Below are positions 30,150 to 41,082 of a stretch of DNA of 64,000 nucleotides, one piece after another (position 1 is the stretch's first letter; each line of letters starts with the position of its first letter). The notes under the pieces were generated by a model. The model was not told where the DNA came from, ran no database searches, and worked only from the letters and a program-made list of their open reading frames with translations. The stretch is from the NCBI GenBank assembly GCA_963699545.1, contig CAVOUE010000007.1:1-64000 (forward strand). The letters run 5' to 3'. A program made the position numbers and the translations under genes. This DNA is from Nitrospirota bacterium. Its GTDB lineage: Bacteria; Nitrospirota; Thermodesulfovibrionia; Thermodesulfovibrionales; UBA9159.

Positions 30150-30758
30150 TCACGCGCCACCAAGAACGGTCATAAAAGCCCTCACATTCCTTGATATATC
30201 GCCCACGAGGATCGCAGAGGCCACTGCAACCGCATCAGCCCCTGATGCGAGAACTTCCGGCAGGTTCTCCAGTGATATTCCTCCTATGGCAACCACAGGG
30301 ATGCTTACCTGTCTCTTTATTTCCCGGAGCATTTCGACGCCTTTCGGTGCTCCGGCATCCTTGGTCACCGTAGGAAACACAGGTCCGAAGCCGATATAAT
30401 CGGCACCGCCCCCGGCCGCACCCACCGCTTCACTGAGAGAATGGGTGGATATCCCGATGATCCTCTCTCCCATGATCTTCCTTGCCTCCCGCAACGGCAG
30501 GTCGTCCTGTCCGAGGTGGACACCATCAGCATCCACCGCAGATGCAATATCAGTATGATCATTCACAATAAAGAGAGCTCCGCTTTGCCGTGTTATGTCC
30601 CTTAACTTCAGCGCCTCCCGGTAAATCTCTCTCCTGGTCTTTTCTTTCTCTCTGTACTGGACCCATCGCACCCCGGAATCAAGGGCCGCCCTGACCATAT
30701 CTTCGACTGTCCTCCCGCCTGCCTTCCTGTCGGTGATGAGGCAGAGGCCATGAAACAC
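30150..30758 (-). CDS. thiE: Thiamine-phosphate synthase
   Basis: VQYREK, IVND, DGVHLGQDD, GISTHS, VAIGGI. Confidence 0.95.
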   Translation of the reverse strand: MFHGLCLITDRKAGGRTVEDMVRAALDSGVRWVQYREKEKTRREIYREALKLRDITRQSGALFIVNDHTDIASAVDADGVHLGQDDLPLREARKIMGERIIGISTHSLSEAVGAAGGGADYIGFGPVFPTVTKDAGAPKGVEMLREIKRQVSIPVVAIGGISLENLPEVLASGADAVAVASAILVGDISRNVRAFMTVLGGA

Positions 30759-30801
30759 GTGCCGGCCTGTGCTCGCACTTCGGCACGGCCCGCCCAGCGT
30801 C

Positions 30802-32172
30802 TTATCCTCTCTCTTCCGGGGGTGCTTCCGACCTCAGGAGCTTCTCTACAAAACCGGTATTGAATTCTCCGTTGATAAAATCCGGGGTGTTGAAGACCTT
30901 CTTGTGAAAAGGGATCGTCGTCCTTATGCCTTCGATGATAAACTCATTCAGTGCCCTCTTCATTATCTGGATAGCTTCCTCCCTGTTCTTTCCGTGAACA
31001 ATGAGCTTTGCGATAAGGGAATCATACTGTGAAGGCACCACCCATCCGCTGAAGGCGGCCGTGTCCACTCGCACCCCGGGCCCGCCGGGCTGATAGAAAA
31101 AGGTTATCTTGCCCGGATGGGGAATGAACCGATCCGGGTCTTCGGCGTTGATCCTGCATTCGATCGCATGGCCTGATGGTCGCAAGGCGCTCTGCTTATA
31201 TTCCAGGGGGAGCCCTGCGGCAAGCTTTATCTGTTCCTTGATAATATCGATGCCTGTTACCGCCTCGGTCACGGGATGCTCCACCTGCACCCTGGTATTC
31301 ACCTCCATGAAATAGATGTCCCCTGCCGAATCCACAATGAATTCAATGGTGCCCACATTCTTGTATTTGAGGGCCTTTGCGGCCTTGATACCGAACTCAC
31401 CGATCTTTTTTCTGAACTTGTCAGTGGAGATGGGAGAAGGGGATTCTTCGATGAGCTTCTGGTGGCGTCTCTGTATGGAACAGTCACGCTCCCCGAGGTG
31501 AAGCACGTTGCCCTTCCCGTCTGCCATGATCTGGACCTCAATGTGTCTCATATCGGCGATGTATTTTTCGACGTAGAGTTCGCTGTTCCCGAAGGCGGTA
31601 AGTGCCTCACGCTGTGCGACATAAAATGCATGTTCCAGGTCCTTCTCCTCGTTCACCACCCTCATGCCCTTCCCGCCGCCGCCTGCCGAGGCTTTAAGGA
31701 TAACGGGAAACCCTATTTTTTTTGCGACCTTGACGGCTATCTCTTCCGACACTACGGGACCGTCGCTTCCGGGGACCACCGGCACGCCTTTCCGCTTCAT
31801 GATCTGCCTTGCCCTTGCCTTGTCCCCTCCGAGCCGGATATTCTCGGAAGAAGGCCCGATAAAGGTGATGCCCGAAGTGTGGCAGGCTTCCGCAAAATGA
31901 GGGTTTTCAGAAAGGAACCCGTACCCCGGATGTACGGCCTCCGAATCGGTTATCTCCGCCGCGCTGAGGATCCCGGGGATGTTCAGATAGCTCTGTGCCG
32001 AACTTGCAGGACCGATGCAGACCGCCTCATCGGCAAGCCTCACGTGCATGGAGTCCTTCTCTATGTCGGAATAGACCGCAACCGTCTTTATTCCCAGCTC
32101 CCTGCATGCCCTGATGACTCTGACCGCGATCTCACCACGGTTGGCGATGAGTATCTTTTTGAAGAGTTTCAT
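30802..32172 (-). CDS. accC: Acetyl-CoA carboxylase biotin carboxylase
   Basis: [38 protein letters not shown]. Confidence 0.97.
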   Translation of the reverse strand: MKLFKKILIANRGEIAVRVIRACRELGIKTVAVYSDIEKDSMHVRLADEAVCIGPASSAQSYLNIPGILSAAEITDSEAVHPGYGFLSENPHFAEACHTSGITFIGPSSENIRLGGDKARARQIMKRKGVPVVPGSDGPVVSEEIAVKVAKKIGFPVILKASAGGGGKGMRVVNEEKDLEHAFYVAQREALTAFGNSELYVEKYIADMRHIEVQIMADGKGNVLHLGERDCSIQRRHQKLIEESPSPISTDKFRKKIGEFGIKAAKALKYKNVGTIEFIVDSAGDIYFMEVNTRVQVEHPVTEAVTGIDIIKEQIKLAAGLPLEYKQSALRPSGHAIECRINAEDPDRFIPHPGKITFFYQPGGPGVRVDTAAFSGWVVPSQYDSLIAKLIVHGKNREEAIQIMKRALNEFIIEGIRTTIPFHKKVFNTPDFINGEFNTGFVEKLLRSEAPPEERG

Positions 32173-32603
32173 GAGACCGGCTCAATGATGAAAAGGGGCT
32201 CTCCGTACTCCACCGGCTGACCATTTTCGACCAGGGCCCTCACCATAACCCCGTCCACCTCGCTCTCGATCTCGTTCATCAGCTTCATGGCCTCGATAAT
32301 ACAGATCACCTGGCCCTTTTTCACCCGTGTCCCGGCATCCGCAAAAGCGGGCGTATCAGGGGACGGCGACCGGTAAAATGTCCCGACAATGGGGGCGGTG
32401 ATCGTGACAAGCCTCTGGGTATCTTCTTCCGACTCTGTGGTCTTCTCGATAACGGTATGCGGCTTTTGGTGCATCTCAAGAGACGGCAGCAGCATCTGTC
32501 GCCGTATCTTGACCTTTGTTCCGTCCTTCTCCAATTGGATCTCTGTTATGTCCGTGTCCCGAAGAAGGGATATGAGTTCTTTCAGGTCATCAATTTCCAT
32601 CAT
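32169..32603 (-). CDS. accB: Biotin carboxyl carrier protein
   Basis: [16 protein letters not shown]. Confidence 0.97.
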   Translation of the reverse strand: MMEIDDLKELISLLRDTDITEIQLEKDGTKVKIRRQMLLPSLEMHQKPHTVIEKTTESEEDTQRLVTITAPIVGTFYRSPSPDTPAFADAGTRVKKGQVICIIEAMKLMNEIESEVDGVMVRALVENGQPVEYGEPLFIIEPVS

Positions 32604-33160
32604 TTAACCCTTTCGATGTATTCTGACGTCCTTGTATCGATCCTGATCACATCGCCTTCATTGATATGAAAAGGAACTTTCACCACGGCACCGGTTTCCA
32701 TAGTTGCAGGCTTGGAACCCCCTGACGCCGTATCGCCCTTGAACCCCGGATCCGTCTGGGCCACCACAAGCTCCACAAAGGTCGGCAGATCCACCGTAAG
32801 GGGTTCATCCCGGTAATTCAGTATCTTCACCTTCATATTTTCCTTTAAGAATTTTCTGGCATCCCCAAGCTTAGACTCGGTAAGCGGGATCTGTTCGAAA
32901 GTCTCGGTGTCCATAAAATAATGGAAATCCCCGTCCGCATAGAGGTACTGCATCTCCTTTTCCTCGAGGTGGGGAGTCTCGAATTTCTCTCCCGACCGGA
33001 AGGTATCCTCCAGAACATTGCCTGTTCTCAGGCTTTTCATCTTTGTCCTGATAATGGCCCCTCCCCTCCCCATTTTTACATGCTGAAAATCGATGATCTC
33101 ACAGGGCTCCCCCTTGTACTCAATCTTTGCGCCTTTCCTGAACTCATTCGTCGAAATCAA
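32600..33160 (-). CDS. efp: Elongation factor P (Arg-type loop KMGRGG)
   Basis: [31 protein letters not shown]. Confidence 0.97.
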   Translation of the reverse strand: MISTNEFRKGAKIEYKGEPCEIIDFQHVKMGRGGAIIRTKMKSLRTGNVLEDTFRSGEKFETPHLEEKEMQYLYADGDFHYFMDTETFEQIPLTESKLGDARKFLKENMKVKILNYRDEPLTVDLPTFVELVVAQTDPGFKGDTASGGSKPATMETGAVVKVPFHINEGDVIRIDTRTSEYIERVK

Positions 33161-33224
33161 TGCAGCCCTCCTTGTTCACTCGTTGTCGTGCCCTAGCACC
33201 ATCTCACTGGAGATACCCTATGCA

Positions 33225-34355
33225 TTAAACGATCTCTAACCCTCTCGGCAAGCGTGTAAGCACCTCAGGTCCTCCCGGCTTCACCAGGACCATGTCCTCT
33301 ATCCGGACCCCGCCCACTCCCGGGACATAGATCCCCGGCTCAACCGTAAATATCATATTTTCCCTCAAGACTTCGCTCTTCGACCAGGTTACCCGGGGGA
33401 GTTCATGGACCTCCAGACCCACGCCGTGGCCAGTCCCGTGACCGAAGAATTTTCCATACCCTGCATTTCTTATGAGATCCCTTGCAGCGCTGTCGACCGT
33501 CCTGCTCTCGACCCCTGGTCTCACCGCGAGGACCGCCTGCCTGTTCGCATTCAGCACGTTCCGGTATAGCTCCCTTTTCCTGGCCAGGTCCCTTCCGCGG
33601 GCACGCGATGATCCGGCGCCCTTTAGCAGAAAAGTCCTCGTCATATCAGAATAATACCCTCCGGCCTCTCCCCCCCAGTCCACAACAACAAGGTCTCCGG
33701 CGGAAAGCTTCCTGGAGGTTGCCCTGGCGTGGGGCATGGCCGAGTTGTCACCGGATGCCACTATTATATCAAATGGGATTCGATTACACCCTCTTTTTTT
33801 CAGCCTTTCCTCCAGCATGAGGGCTATCTCCCCCTCCTTCCTGCCCTGCCGTATGTGCGGCCTGACATCGCGGAAAGCGTCCTCTGCACGCCTCACCGCC
33901 TCCCGTATGGAGCGTATTTCCTCACGGTCTTTCACTTCCCTCAATGCCTCAACGGCATCCCGGAAGGGCTTAAGGCCCGCACCGCATTGTGAGAGCCCTT
34001 TAAAGAATTCGTACGAAACAGCGGACTCACAGCCGAGGGACCGTATTCCAAGCTTTCCGATGAGGTCTTTTATGATCTTGAGCCTGTTCCCTTTTTCGAT
34101 GATAATGTCCCAACCGATCCCTCCCCCCGGCGGAGGAAACTTCGTTCTCTTCTCGATCCCTCCAACGGAAAGCTCTCTCTCTGCCTGTTCCTTATATCTG
34201 AAATCGGTAACAAATATATTCTTGTTCTTCGTGATCAGGATGAAGCCTGAGGAACCCGTGAACCCGGAAAGGTACCTGACATTAACAACGGTGGTGACGA
34301 GAAATCCCTGCGTTCTCCTCTTCCCGAAGGATTCCCGTAACCCGGCAAGACGCAA
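33225..34355 (-). CDS. Xaa-Pro aminopeptidase (M24)
   Basis: YLSGFTGS, TDFRY, YYSDMTRT, HGTGHGVGLEVHE, TVEPGIY, GVRIED; start codon uncertain. Confidence 0.92.
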   Translation of the reverse strand: MRLAGLRESFGKRRTQGFLVTTVVNVRYLSGFTGSSGFILITKNKNIFVTDFRYKEQAERELSVGGIEKRTKFPPPGGGIGWDIIIEKGNRLKIIKDLIGKLGIRSLGCESAVSYEFFKGLSQCGAGLKPFRDAVEALREVKDREEIRSIREAVRRAEDAFRDVRPHIRQGRKEGEIALMLEERLKKRGCNRIPFDIIVASGDNSAMPHARATSRKLSAGDLVVVDWGGEAGGYYSDMTRTFLLKGAGSSRARGRDLARKRELYRNVLNANRQAVLAVRPGVESRTVDSAARDLIRNAGYGKFFGHGTGHGVGLEVHELPRVTWSKSEVLRENMIFTVEPGIYVPGVGGVRIEDMVLVKPGGPEVLTRLPRGLEIV

Positions 34356-34377
34356 TGGGAGATGGCCGAAAATGGTC

Positions 34378-34809
34378 CTACTCCCTCGAGAGAATATTCT
34401 TTGCAGCGATAAGGGCGAGCAGGTAACTGTCCGCACCGAAGCCGGTTATCTGACCGTGCGCAACCTCTGCTATATACGACCTTTTCCTGAACTCTTCCCT
34501 TTTGTGGATATTCGAGATATGGACCTCAATGGTAGGCCTGGCGGCAGCGGAAATGGCATCACGGATGGCTATGCTTGTATGCGTGTACGCTCCTGGATTT
34601 ATGATCAGGCAGTCATAGTCACCTTTTTGTATGGCATCGATGATCTCTCCCTCGCTGTTCGACTGTTTGACAGAAACATGCATGCCCATGCCCGATGCCT
34701 CTGAACGTATTCTCCGGTTGATGTCCCTGAGGCTGAGAGCTCCATATACCCCGGGCTCCCTCTTGCCGAGGAGGTTCAGGTTGGGACCATGTATGACCAG
34801 GATCTTCAT
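34378..34809 (-). CDS. aroQ: Type II 3-dehydroquinate dehydratase
   Basis: [34 protein letters not shown]. Confidence 0.97.
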   Translation of the reverse strand: MKILVIHGPNLNLLGKREPGVYGALSLRDINRRIRSEASGMGMHVSVKQSNSEGEIIDAIQKGDYDCLIINPGAYTHTSIAIRDAISAAARPTIEVHISNIHKREEFRKRSYIAEVAHGQITGFGADSYLLALIAAKNILSRE

Positions 34810-34813
34810 GTGC

Positions 34814-34896
34814 CGAGCAACGAGCGACGAGTAACAAGTGACGGAAAACTGAGAAGATAGTACATCAGCGTTCGACTCGCCACTCACTCCTTGCCG
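34814..34896. repeat. Inverted arrays of degenerate 7-bp tandem repeats
   Basis: CGAGCAA CGAGCGA CGAGTAA CAAGTGA ... CTCGCCA CTCACTC CTTGCCG between the roadblock gene and aroQ. Confidence 0.6.
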
Positions 34897-34899
34897 TTC

Positions 34900-35256
34900 T
34901 TAAAATTCCCCTTCTATCTTCGGAACTGTGGTCTTCAGGACAAACCTGCCCTTGCCGTAATTGCCCTCCGGCCTGATCACAAGGGCAAAATAATAAGCAG
35001 TATTGATCTGCCGCAGGATAATTCCGCACTTGTCCGATATGATCGAAAATTCCCGCGCGGCCCCGAGTCCGAGGTCTCTTGCAGCGGAGTTTATGTCCCT
35101 TATCATTGTGGACGCCTCGGCTCCCAGGTCTTCGAGGCTGAGCAGTTTCTCAGTGGCATACTCCTCGACGGGAATACCGTCAGAGCCAAGTATCATGGCA
35201 GCCACCGCACCGTCAACCTTTTCAACAGCCTCTTTCAGGATATCGGAAAAGCTCAC
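34900..35256 (-). CDS. Roadblock/LC7 domain protein, MglC-like
   Basis: MSF..L...V..VDGA.A...G.DGI N-terminus and GNYGKGRFVL C-terminus as recalled for myxobacterial MglC; upstream of efp-accB-accC. Confidence 0.75.
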   Translation of the reverse strand: MSFSDILKEAVEKVDGAVAAMILGSDGIPVEEYATEKLLSLEDLGAEASTMIRDINSAARDLGLGAAREFSIISDKCGIILRQINTAYYFALVIRPEGNYGKGRFVLKTTVPKIEGEF

Positions 35257-36245
35257 GGCCTTTTGGGGAACCCCCTGTTCATCGCACTCAGAAATGATTC
35301 CAGTCTCGCGATCAGGACATCATTCCCTTTCCCCATCATCGTCATCAGGGCCTTCAGCTCTGCCACTCTCTGAAGAATCTGCTTATTTCCAGGATCACCG
35401 GTCAGGATCTGCCTGTAGATTTCCAGGGCCTTGTAAAAATTTCCACAGGCGATGAACGCGTCAGCGGCTGACGCATCTGCCGTTTCCCCAGCGGGTCCGG
35501 CCTCCTCCTCGGGGGCAGCAGTTTCCGTAGGACCGGAAACCTCTTCCGTCACCCCGCCTGCTTCGGTCAAGATATCCCCGAAAGATGATTCATCCGGTAT
35601 CTCAAATGACTGATCATCGGGAATCTCGACCACTTCCCCTGCGTTTCCCGAATCTTCTTCCCCCACGCCGCGGAAAGAATTGCTGAACTGCTCAAAGTCC
35701 CTGCCGACCGTTCCCCCCGGTTCCGCTTCTCCTGCAGTGTGCTCCTCAGTTCCCGGTTCCTCGCCGTAAGAGGCCTTGGCCAGCCCGGTCTCAGGGGCAA
35801 AAGGCACCTCCGCCTCTGCAGAGACCGCACGCTCCTCTCCTAAGGCGTCTTCCCCAATCTCTGTCAGGCACATCCTCGCATCTTCATCCAGGGGATTGAG
35901 CTGCAGCACGGTTTTATATTCAGCGACGGCCTTGTCGGTCTCACCGCGCTCCTTATAGATATCGGCAAGCTTTCTGTGGGCAAAGAGGTTGTCGGGTATG
36001 GTGCTCACCACTGCCTCAAACTCGTTCTTTGCCTCGTCCAGCATATTTTTTTCAAGGTATATCCTGCCCAGCGCCACGCGCGCACTGGTATATCCCGGCT
36101 GGTGTTCCAGTCCCCTCAAGAGAACAGTGATGGCTTCATCGGGCATCCCTGATTTTCTGTATTCTTCCGCGAGGGGAAGGAAGAGTCGCGAATTCGGATC
36201 CTTTTCAACCCTGATGCGCAGTTTCTCGATATCTTCCATCGACAT
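35253..36245 (-). CDS. Tetratricopeptide repeat protein with acidic linker
   Basis: DPNSRLFLPLAEEYRK, ARVALGRIY TPR units, Glu-rich middle, C-terminal TPR-like unit. Confidence 0.85.
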   Translation of the reverse strand: MSMEDIEKLRIRVEKDPNSRLFLPLAEEYRKSGMPDEAITVLLRGLEHQPGYTSARVALGRIYLEKNMLDEAKNEFEAVVSTIPDNLFAHRKLADIYKERGETDKAVAEYKTVLQLNPLDEDARMCLTEIGEDALGEERAVSAEAEVPFAPETGLAKASYGEEPGTEEHTAGEAEPGGTVGRDFEQFSNSFRGVGEEDSGNAGEVVEIPDDQSFEIPDESSFGDILTEAGGVTEEVSGPTETAAPEEEAGPAGETADASAADAFIACGNFYKALEIYRQILTGDPGNKQILQRVAELKALMTMMGKGNDVLIARLESFLSAMNRGFPKRP

Positions 36246-36278
36246 TGTTATTGACTTTAATCAAAAAAAGGCTAAATG

Positions 36279-37455
36279 TCAAGGGATAAAATGTGCAATC
36301 CTGTCAAGAATAATATCGGCAACTTCATCTTTCGACATGAGGGGAAATGACGATTCTTCCTCCTTCAGAATGAGAGTGATTTGATTCGTATCGACGTCAA
36401 ATCCTGAACCGGGACAGAGCACATCGTTAAAAACCACCACGTCCGCGCCCTTGTCAAGGAGTTTTTTCCTTGCGCGGCCGATATCGGCTCCTGTCTCTGC
36501 GGCAAACCCCACCAGGAACGGCCTCCTCTTCATGGAACCTATTTCAGAAAGGATGTCAGGTGTCTTCTTAAGTTTCAGGACAAGGCCCCCGGATTTGTCG
36601 ATCTTCTTGTCGCTTCTGTCCACCGGAGAAAAGTCGGACACCGCTGCAGCCATGATCACGGCATTTGAGCCTTGAGAGCTCTTCATGACCGCATTCCCTC
36701 ATTTCGCTCGGACGGTCTCCACAGCCACAAAAACGGCGCCGGACGGAGGCTTCAACTGAGGAGGGGCCGCTGATAAGGATCACCTCAGCTCCCCTTCTCA
36801 GTGCAGCCCTTGCTATGGCATAGCCCATCTTCCCCGATGACCTGTTGGACATGAACCTCACCGGATCCATGTATTCCCTTGTCGGTCCGGCAGTGACCAT
36901 GATCCTCTTTCCCGATAGGTCCTTTCTCGTGAGGGCAGAACGTACCCCTTCCAGGATATCGGATACATCGGACATCCTGCCCACGGCATCATCACCGCAT
37001 GCAAGACTCCCCTTCTCAGGACCGACCTGGATCACTCCAAGGGAAGCAAGGTAGCGGAGGTTCTTCTGGAAAACGGGGTTCTCGTACATTCTCCAGTTCA
37101 TGGCAGGGGCAATGATCGTCTTGCCCTTGAAGGAAAGAAAGCATGTACTGAGCATGTCATCGGCGATCCCGCCGGCAAATTTCCCGAGACTATTGGCGGT
37201 GGCAGGGGCAACGACCATGAGATCAGCGTCCGAAGTGAGGCTGATATGGGAGAGGGGATCCTGAAACGTATCGGTGAACACCCTGTTCCGGGAGACGATT
37301 TCAAAGGAAAGGGGCGTGATGAATCTCCGGGAGGCGTCGGTCATGATCACCTGTACGGATGCCCCTTCCTCGGTCAGCCTCCGCACAAGATCTACGGACT
37401 TGTAAACCGCAATGCTTCCTGTTACCCCTAACAGGATATTCTTATTCTTCAGCAC
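36279..37455 (-). CDS. coaBC: Phosphopantothenoylcysteine decarboxylase/ligase; frameshift near 36720-36750
   Basis: [55 protein letters not shown]. Confidence 0.93.
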
Positions 37456-37850
37456 CTTCCTCTGGGTCCTCTTTTTCAGCGAAGAGCTCCTCTAATGCCT
37501 TCTTGTCCTCGCCCGACTCCTTCTCGTGGAGGTAGATCTTCAGATCCCTTTCCAGTTCGGAAAGGTCCTCCGGTGCACCCTCCCTTCTCTTTTCCTCAAG
37601 GAGTTTCCTGTAGTCGAACTTCTTTGGCCTCTTCCCTTGCCTTTCTCGCTTCCTCTCCCGTGAGGAACTCCAGGGTGCCGTTGATCGCCTCTTCAATAGC
37701 GATGGTGGTTACCTTCTTCGCCTTTGTCGGAATCTTCGCCTTTGCTCCCAGGGAGAGCTCCCTTGCCCTCTGGGCAGCGATGGTGGCAAGCCTGTATTTC
37801 CCGTCAATCTTCTTTTTGTCCAGTTCCGCAGGTAATGAAATAAGGTCCAT
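37442..37850 (-). CDS. rpoZ: RNA polymerase omega subunit with C-terminal charged extension; frameshift near 37620
   Basis: [24 protein letters not shown]; located between gmk and coaBC. Confidence 0.88.
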
Positions 37851-37859
37851 CTCTTCCTC

Positions 37860-38488
37860 CTAAATCTCGAAAATTTTCCTTCACCCATTTCGGGTCTGTC
37901 TTATCCGTTTTCTCGTCCTCTGCAAGGACAATGGCCTTAAGCTCCGTCAGCGCCTCACTGAAGTCATTGTTTACTATAACATAATCGTACGCATTTATAG
38001 TCCTTTATTTCTTCAGTAGCCTTCTTCAGCCGCAGGTCGATCTCCTCGGCTGAATTGGACATCCGTCTTTTCCAGTCTCTCCTTCAGGGCATCCAAGGAG
38101 GGCGGCAGGATAAAAATGTATACGCCGTCATCGTAGCTGCTCCCGTATCTCTTTGGCTCCCTGAGTATCAATGTCAAGGATAACATCTATGCCTTCGTTT
38201 CCCTCAGCTCTTCCAGCCTCGTTTTTTGGATGTGCCGTAAAGATGGCCGTGGACCTTTGCCCATTCCGCAAATTCGTTCCTCTTCGCCATCTTCCGGAAC
38301 TCATCCTCACTCACAAAAGTGTAGTCCCTGTCATTCACTTCACCTTTGCGGGGCGGCCTCGTGGTATAGGAGACGGAGTGACGGATATTCGGGACAACAG
38401 CGGTCAGCTTCTGGCAAAGGGAGGTCTTTCCGGCACCCGAAGGCGCAGAGACTATAAAGAGGTTCCCCCTACGCTTCCTCACCGTCAT
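37860..38488 (-). CDS. gmk: Guanylate kinase (several frameshifts)
   Basis: [47 protein letters not shown] pieces in shifting frames. Confidence 0.88.
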
Positions 38489-38784
38489 CTGCCGGGCTCT
38501 TCTGGTTTCTTTGGGTTCCCTCTTCTTTCCCTTCGACGAACCTCTGGGTTATGGTCTCGGCCTGGAGGGCACTCAGTATTATATGGTCGCTGTCCGTTAT
38601 GATAATGGAGCGTGTTCGCCTTCCCTCGGTGGCGTCCACGAGCTTGCCCCTCTTCTTGGCCTCCTCCCTCAGCCGTTTCATGGGAGAAGAGCCCGGGGGT
38701 CACGATGGCAATAACCCTTGCAGCAGAAACCACATTGCCAAAACCTATGTTCACCAGTACCGGACTGATATCCCCTCTCTTCAT
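38469..38784 (-). CDS. remA: DUF370 / RemA-family protein; frameshift near 38695
   Basis: [19 protein letters not shown] plus [25 protein letters not shown]; yicC-remA-gmk-rpoZ order. Confidence 0.85.
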
Positions 38785-38821
38785 CGTCTTCCCTCGGTAT
38801 TCAGTATAAAAGGTAAGTACC

Positions 38822-39676
38822 TTACTGTACATTCTGTGCCTGTTCTCTCATCTTTTCAAGCTCGGATTTCATTTCAACGGTGATACTTGAGATCCTGTAG
38901 TCGTCCGCCTTGGAAGCTATCGTGTTCACTTCCCTGTTCAGTTCCTGGAGGAGAAATTCCACCTTTCTTCCTATTGTATCACCATCAGAAAGAATTTTCC
39001 TCATCTGCGAACAATGGGAGGCAACCCGCGACATCTCTTCGCTGATGTCAGCTTTTTCCGCCATGATCGCGGCCTCCTGAAGCACTCTGTTTTCGTCAAA
39101 CTTCAGATCACCGAAAAGAGCAGCAAGCCTTTCCCTGAACCTCTTCCCGCACTCATTCACCACAGCAGGGCAGAGCAGTGCAACCTCCCCGTTCAACCGC
39201 TCCAGCCGGTCCAGTCTCGAAAGCATGTCCTTTGAGATGCTCTCCCCTTCCCCGTATCTCATGGCCCTGAGCTTTTCCATGGCTTCACGGAAGGCTGCAT
39301 ACAGGGGTTCCGGATCGTATTCCACTTCTTCCGAAAGGATGAGCTCTCTGAACCCTGCGATGGTCTCCATTCCTATGGAACCCTCAAGTGAGAGATCATC
39401 TTTGAGAGAACGCAGGGCGTTGTAAATCTCCCTCGCCAACCCCGTATCAATCCTGACCTTCGTGTTACCCTCATGGATGATGGACACCAGGATATCGAAT
39501 CTCCCCCTCGAAAAGTTCTCCCTCACCATGTTCCTGAGGGGCATCTCATACTGGTTCAGATTCTGGGGCAGCTTGATGGATATGTCCAGAAACCTGTGGT
39601 TCACCGAGCGCATCTCCACCTTAAAGGCGCCCTTCTCTGCGGACCCGAAACCCGTCATGCTCTGCATCATGGACAT
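38822..39676 (-). CDS. yicC: YicC/YloC-family endoribonuclease
   Basis: SMTGFG, RSVNHRFL, DISEE, FLLQELNREVNTIASK, REQAQNVQ. Confidence 0.93.
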   Translation of the reverse strand: MSMMQSMTGFGSAEKGAFKVEMRSVNHRFLDISIKLPQNLNQYEMPLRNMVRENFSRGRFDILVSIIHEGNTKVRIDTGLAREIYNALRSLKDDLSLEGSIGMETIAGFRELILSEEVEYDPEPLYAAFREAMEKLRAMRYGEGESISKDMLSRLDRLERLNGEVALLCPAVVNECGKRFRERLAALFGDLKFDENRVLQEAAIMAEKADISEEMSRVASHCSQMRKILSDGDTIGRKVEFLLQELNREVNTIASKADDYRISSITVEMKSELEKMREQAQNVQ

Positions 39677-39761
39677 TAACTATAGAACAGCCCGCATATT
39701 TAGTCAAACCGCCGCGGCGACCCCGCGCCGAACGTGGAGAACAAGCAGAAAAAGAATGGCA

Positions 39762-41082
39762 CTACGCCGTGAAGAATCTTCGGGCTCTTTATTCCCGCCG
39801 TGGCATTCCTTGTGTCGACAACAAGCCTGCTGTGTCTCACTATGGACTCGTAATCATAGGAGGAATGATCGGTGGAGATCACCACGCAATCGTACTTTTT
39901 GAGATTCCGCGGGGTAAGGGGGACCGAGCTCATCTTGAAATCATACCTTCGCATCCTGTGGGTTCTCGGCACATGGGGGTCATTGTAGTCCACCGCAGCC
40001 CCCTTTTCCGTCAGGAGCTCTATCAGCTTAAGGGAAGGCGATTCCCTCACATCGTCCACATCCTTCTTGTAGGCAAGGCCTACGATCAATATCCTTGCCC
40101 CCTTCATCCCCTTTCCCCCGGCATTCAGGGCATCAACGATCCTGCCTACCACATAGTAGGGCATAAAGGTATTGATCTCCCCTGCAAGCTCTATGAACCG
40201 TGTATTGAAGTCATACTTGCGCGCCTTCCATGTGAGATAAAAGGGGTCGATAGGAATGCAGTGTCCCCCGAGCCCCGGACCGGGATAGAATGGCATGAAC
40301 CCGAAAGGCTTGGTGGAAGCGGTCCGGATGACCTCCCACACATCGATCCCCATCCTGTCGAAGAGCATTTTAAGCTCGTTCACAAGGGCAATGTTCACCG
40401 AACGGAAGATATTCTCAAAGAGCTTTGCAGCCTCGGCAACCCTGGTGGACCCAACAGGGACGGTGGTCACGACCGTGTCATAGAGCGCCTTTGCAACCTT
40501 CAGACAGTTCGCGGTATACCCCCCCACCACTTTCGGTATCCTGGCGGTGGAAAAGTCCTGATTGCCGGGATCTTCCCTTTCAGGGGAGTAGGCGAGGGAA
40601 AAATCCCTGCCTGCCTTGAGCCCTGATTCCTCCAGTATCTGTCTCATATCATCGTCCGTCGTGCCGGGGTACGTGGTGGATTCGAGGACTATGAGCTGGT
40701 CTCTACGGAGATATTTCGTGATCGTCCTGGTGGTTTCGAACACGTAGCTGAGATCCGGTTCTCTGTATTGATCCAGCGGTGTGGGCACACAGATGAGGAT
40801 GCATTCCATATTCCTTAGCCTGGCAAAATCATTTGTAGGCGCAAACCTCTTCGACCTGTTCATTTCTGCTATCGTCTCTGCACTGATATGCTTGATATAG
40901 GTCTTGCTTTTGCTCAGGAGCTTCACCTTCTGCGGGTCGACATCAAAACCGGTTACGCAAAATCCTGCCCTTACAAACTCCCTCACGAGAGGAAGTCCCA
41001 CATACCCCAGGCCGATGATGCCGACCCTCGCGGTCCTTTTCGTGATCTTTTCAAGAGTTTTCACCGTGTTATTGTAACCCAA
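39762..41082 (-). CDS. UDP-N-acetylhexosamine dehydrogenase (WbpA/TviB-like nucleotide sugar dehydrogenase)
   Basis: GLGYVGLPL, CVPTP, ESTTYPGTT, SPEREDPGN, GGHCIPIDP, AYKKDVDD; true stop probably 39762 after a terminal frameshift (ORF track ends 39700). Confidence 0.9.

Noticed and set aside
37860-38784. gmk and remA as pseudogenes or programmed frameshifts
   Set aside because: Essential or conserved genes, no consistent slippery-site signature, and the same error pattern occurs across the window.
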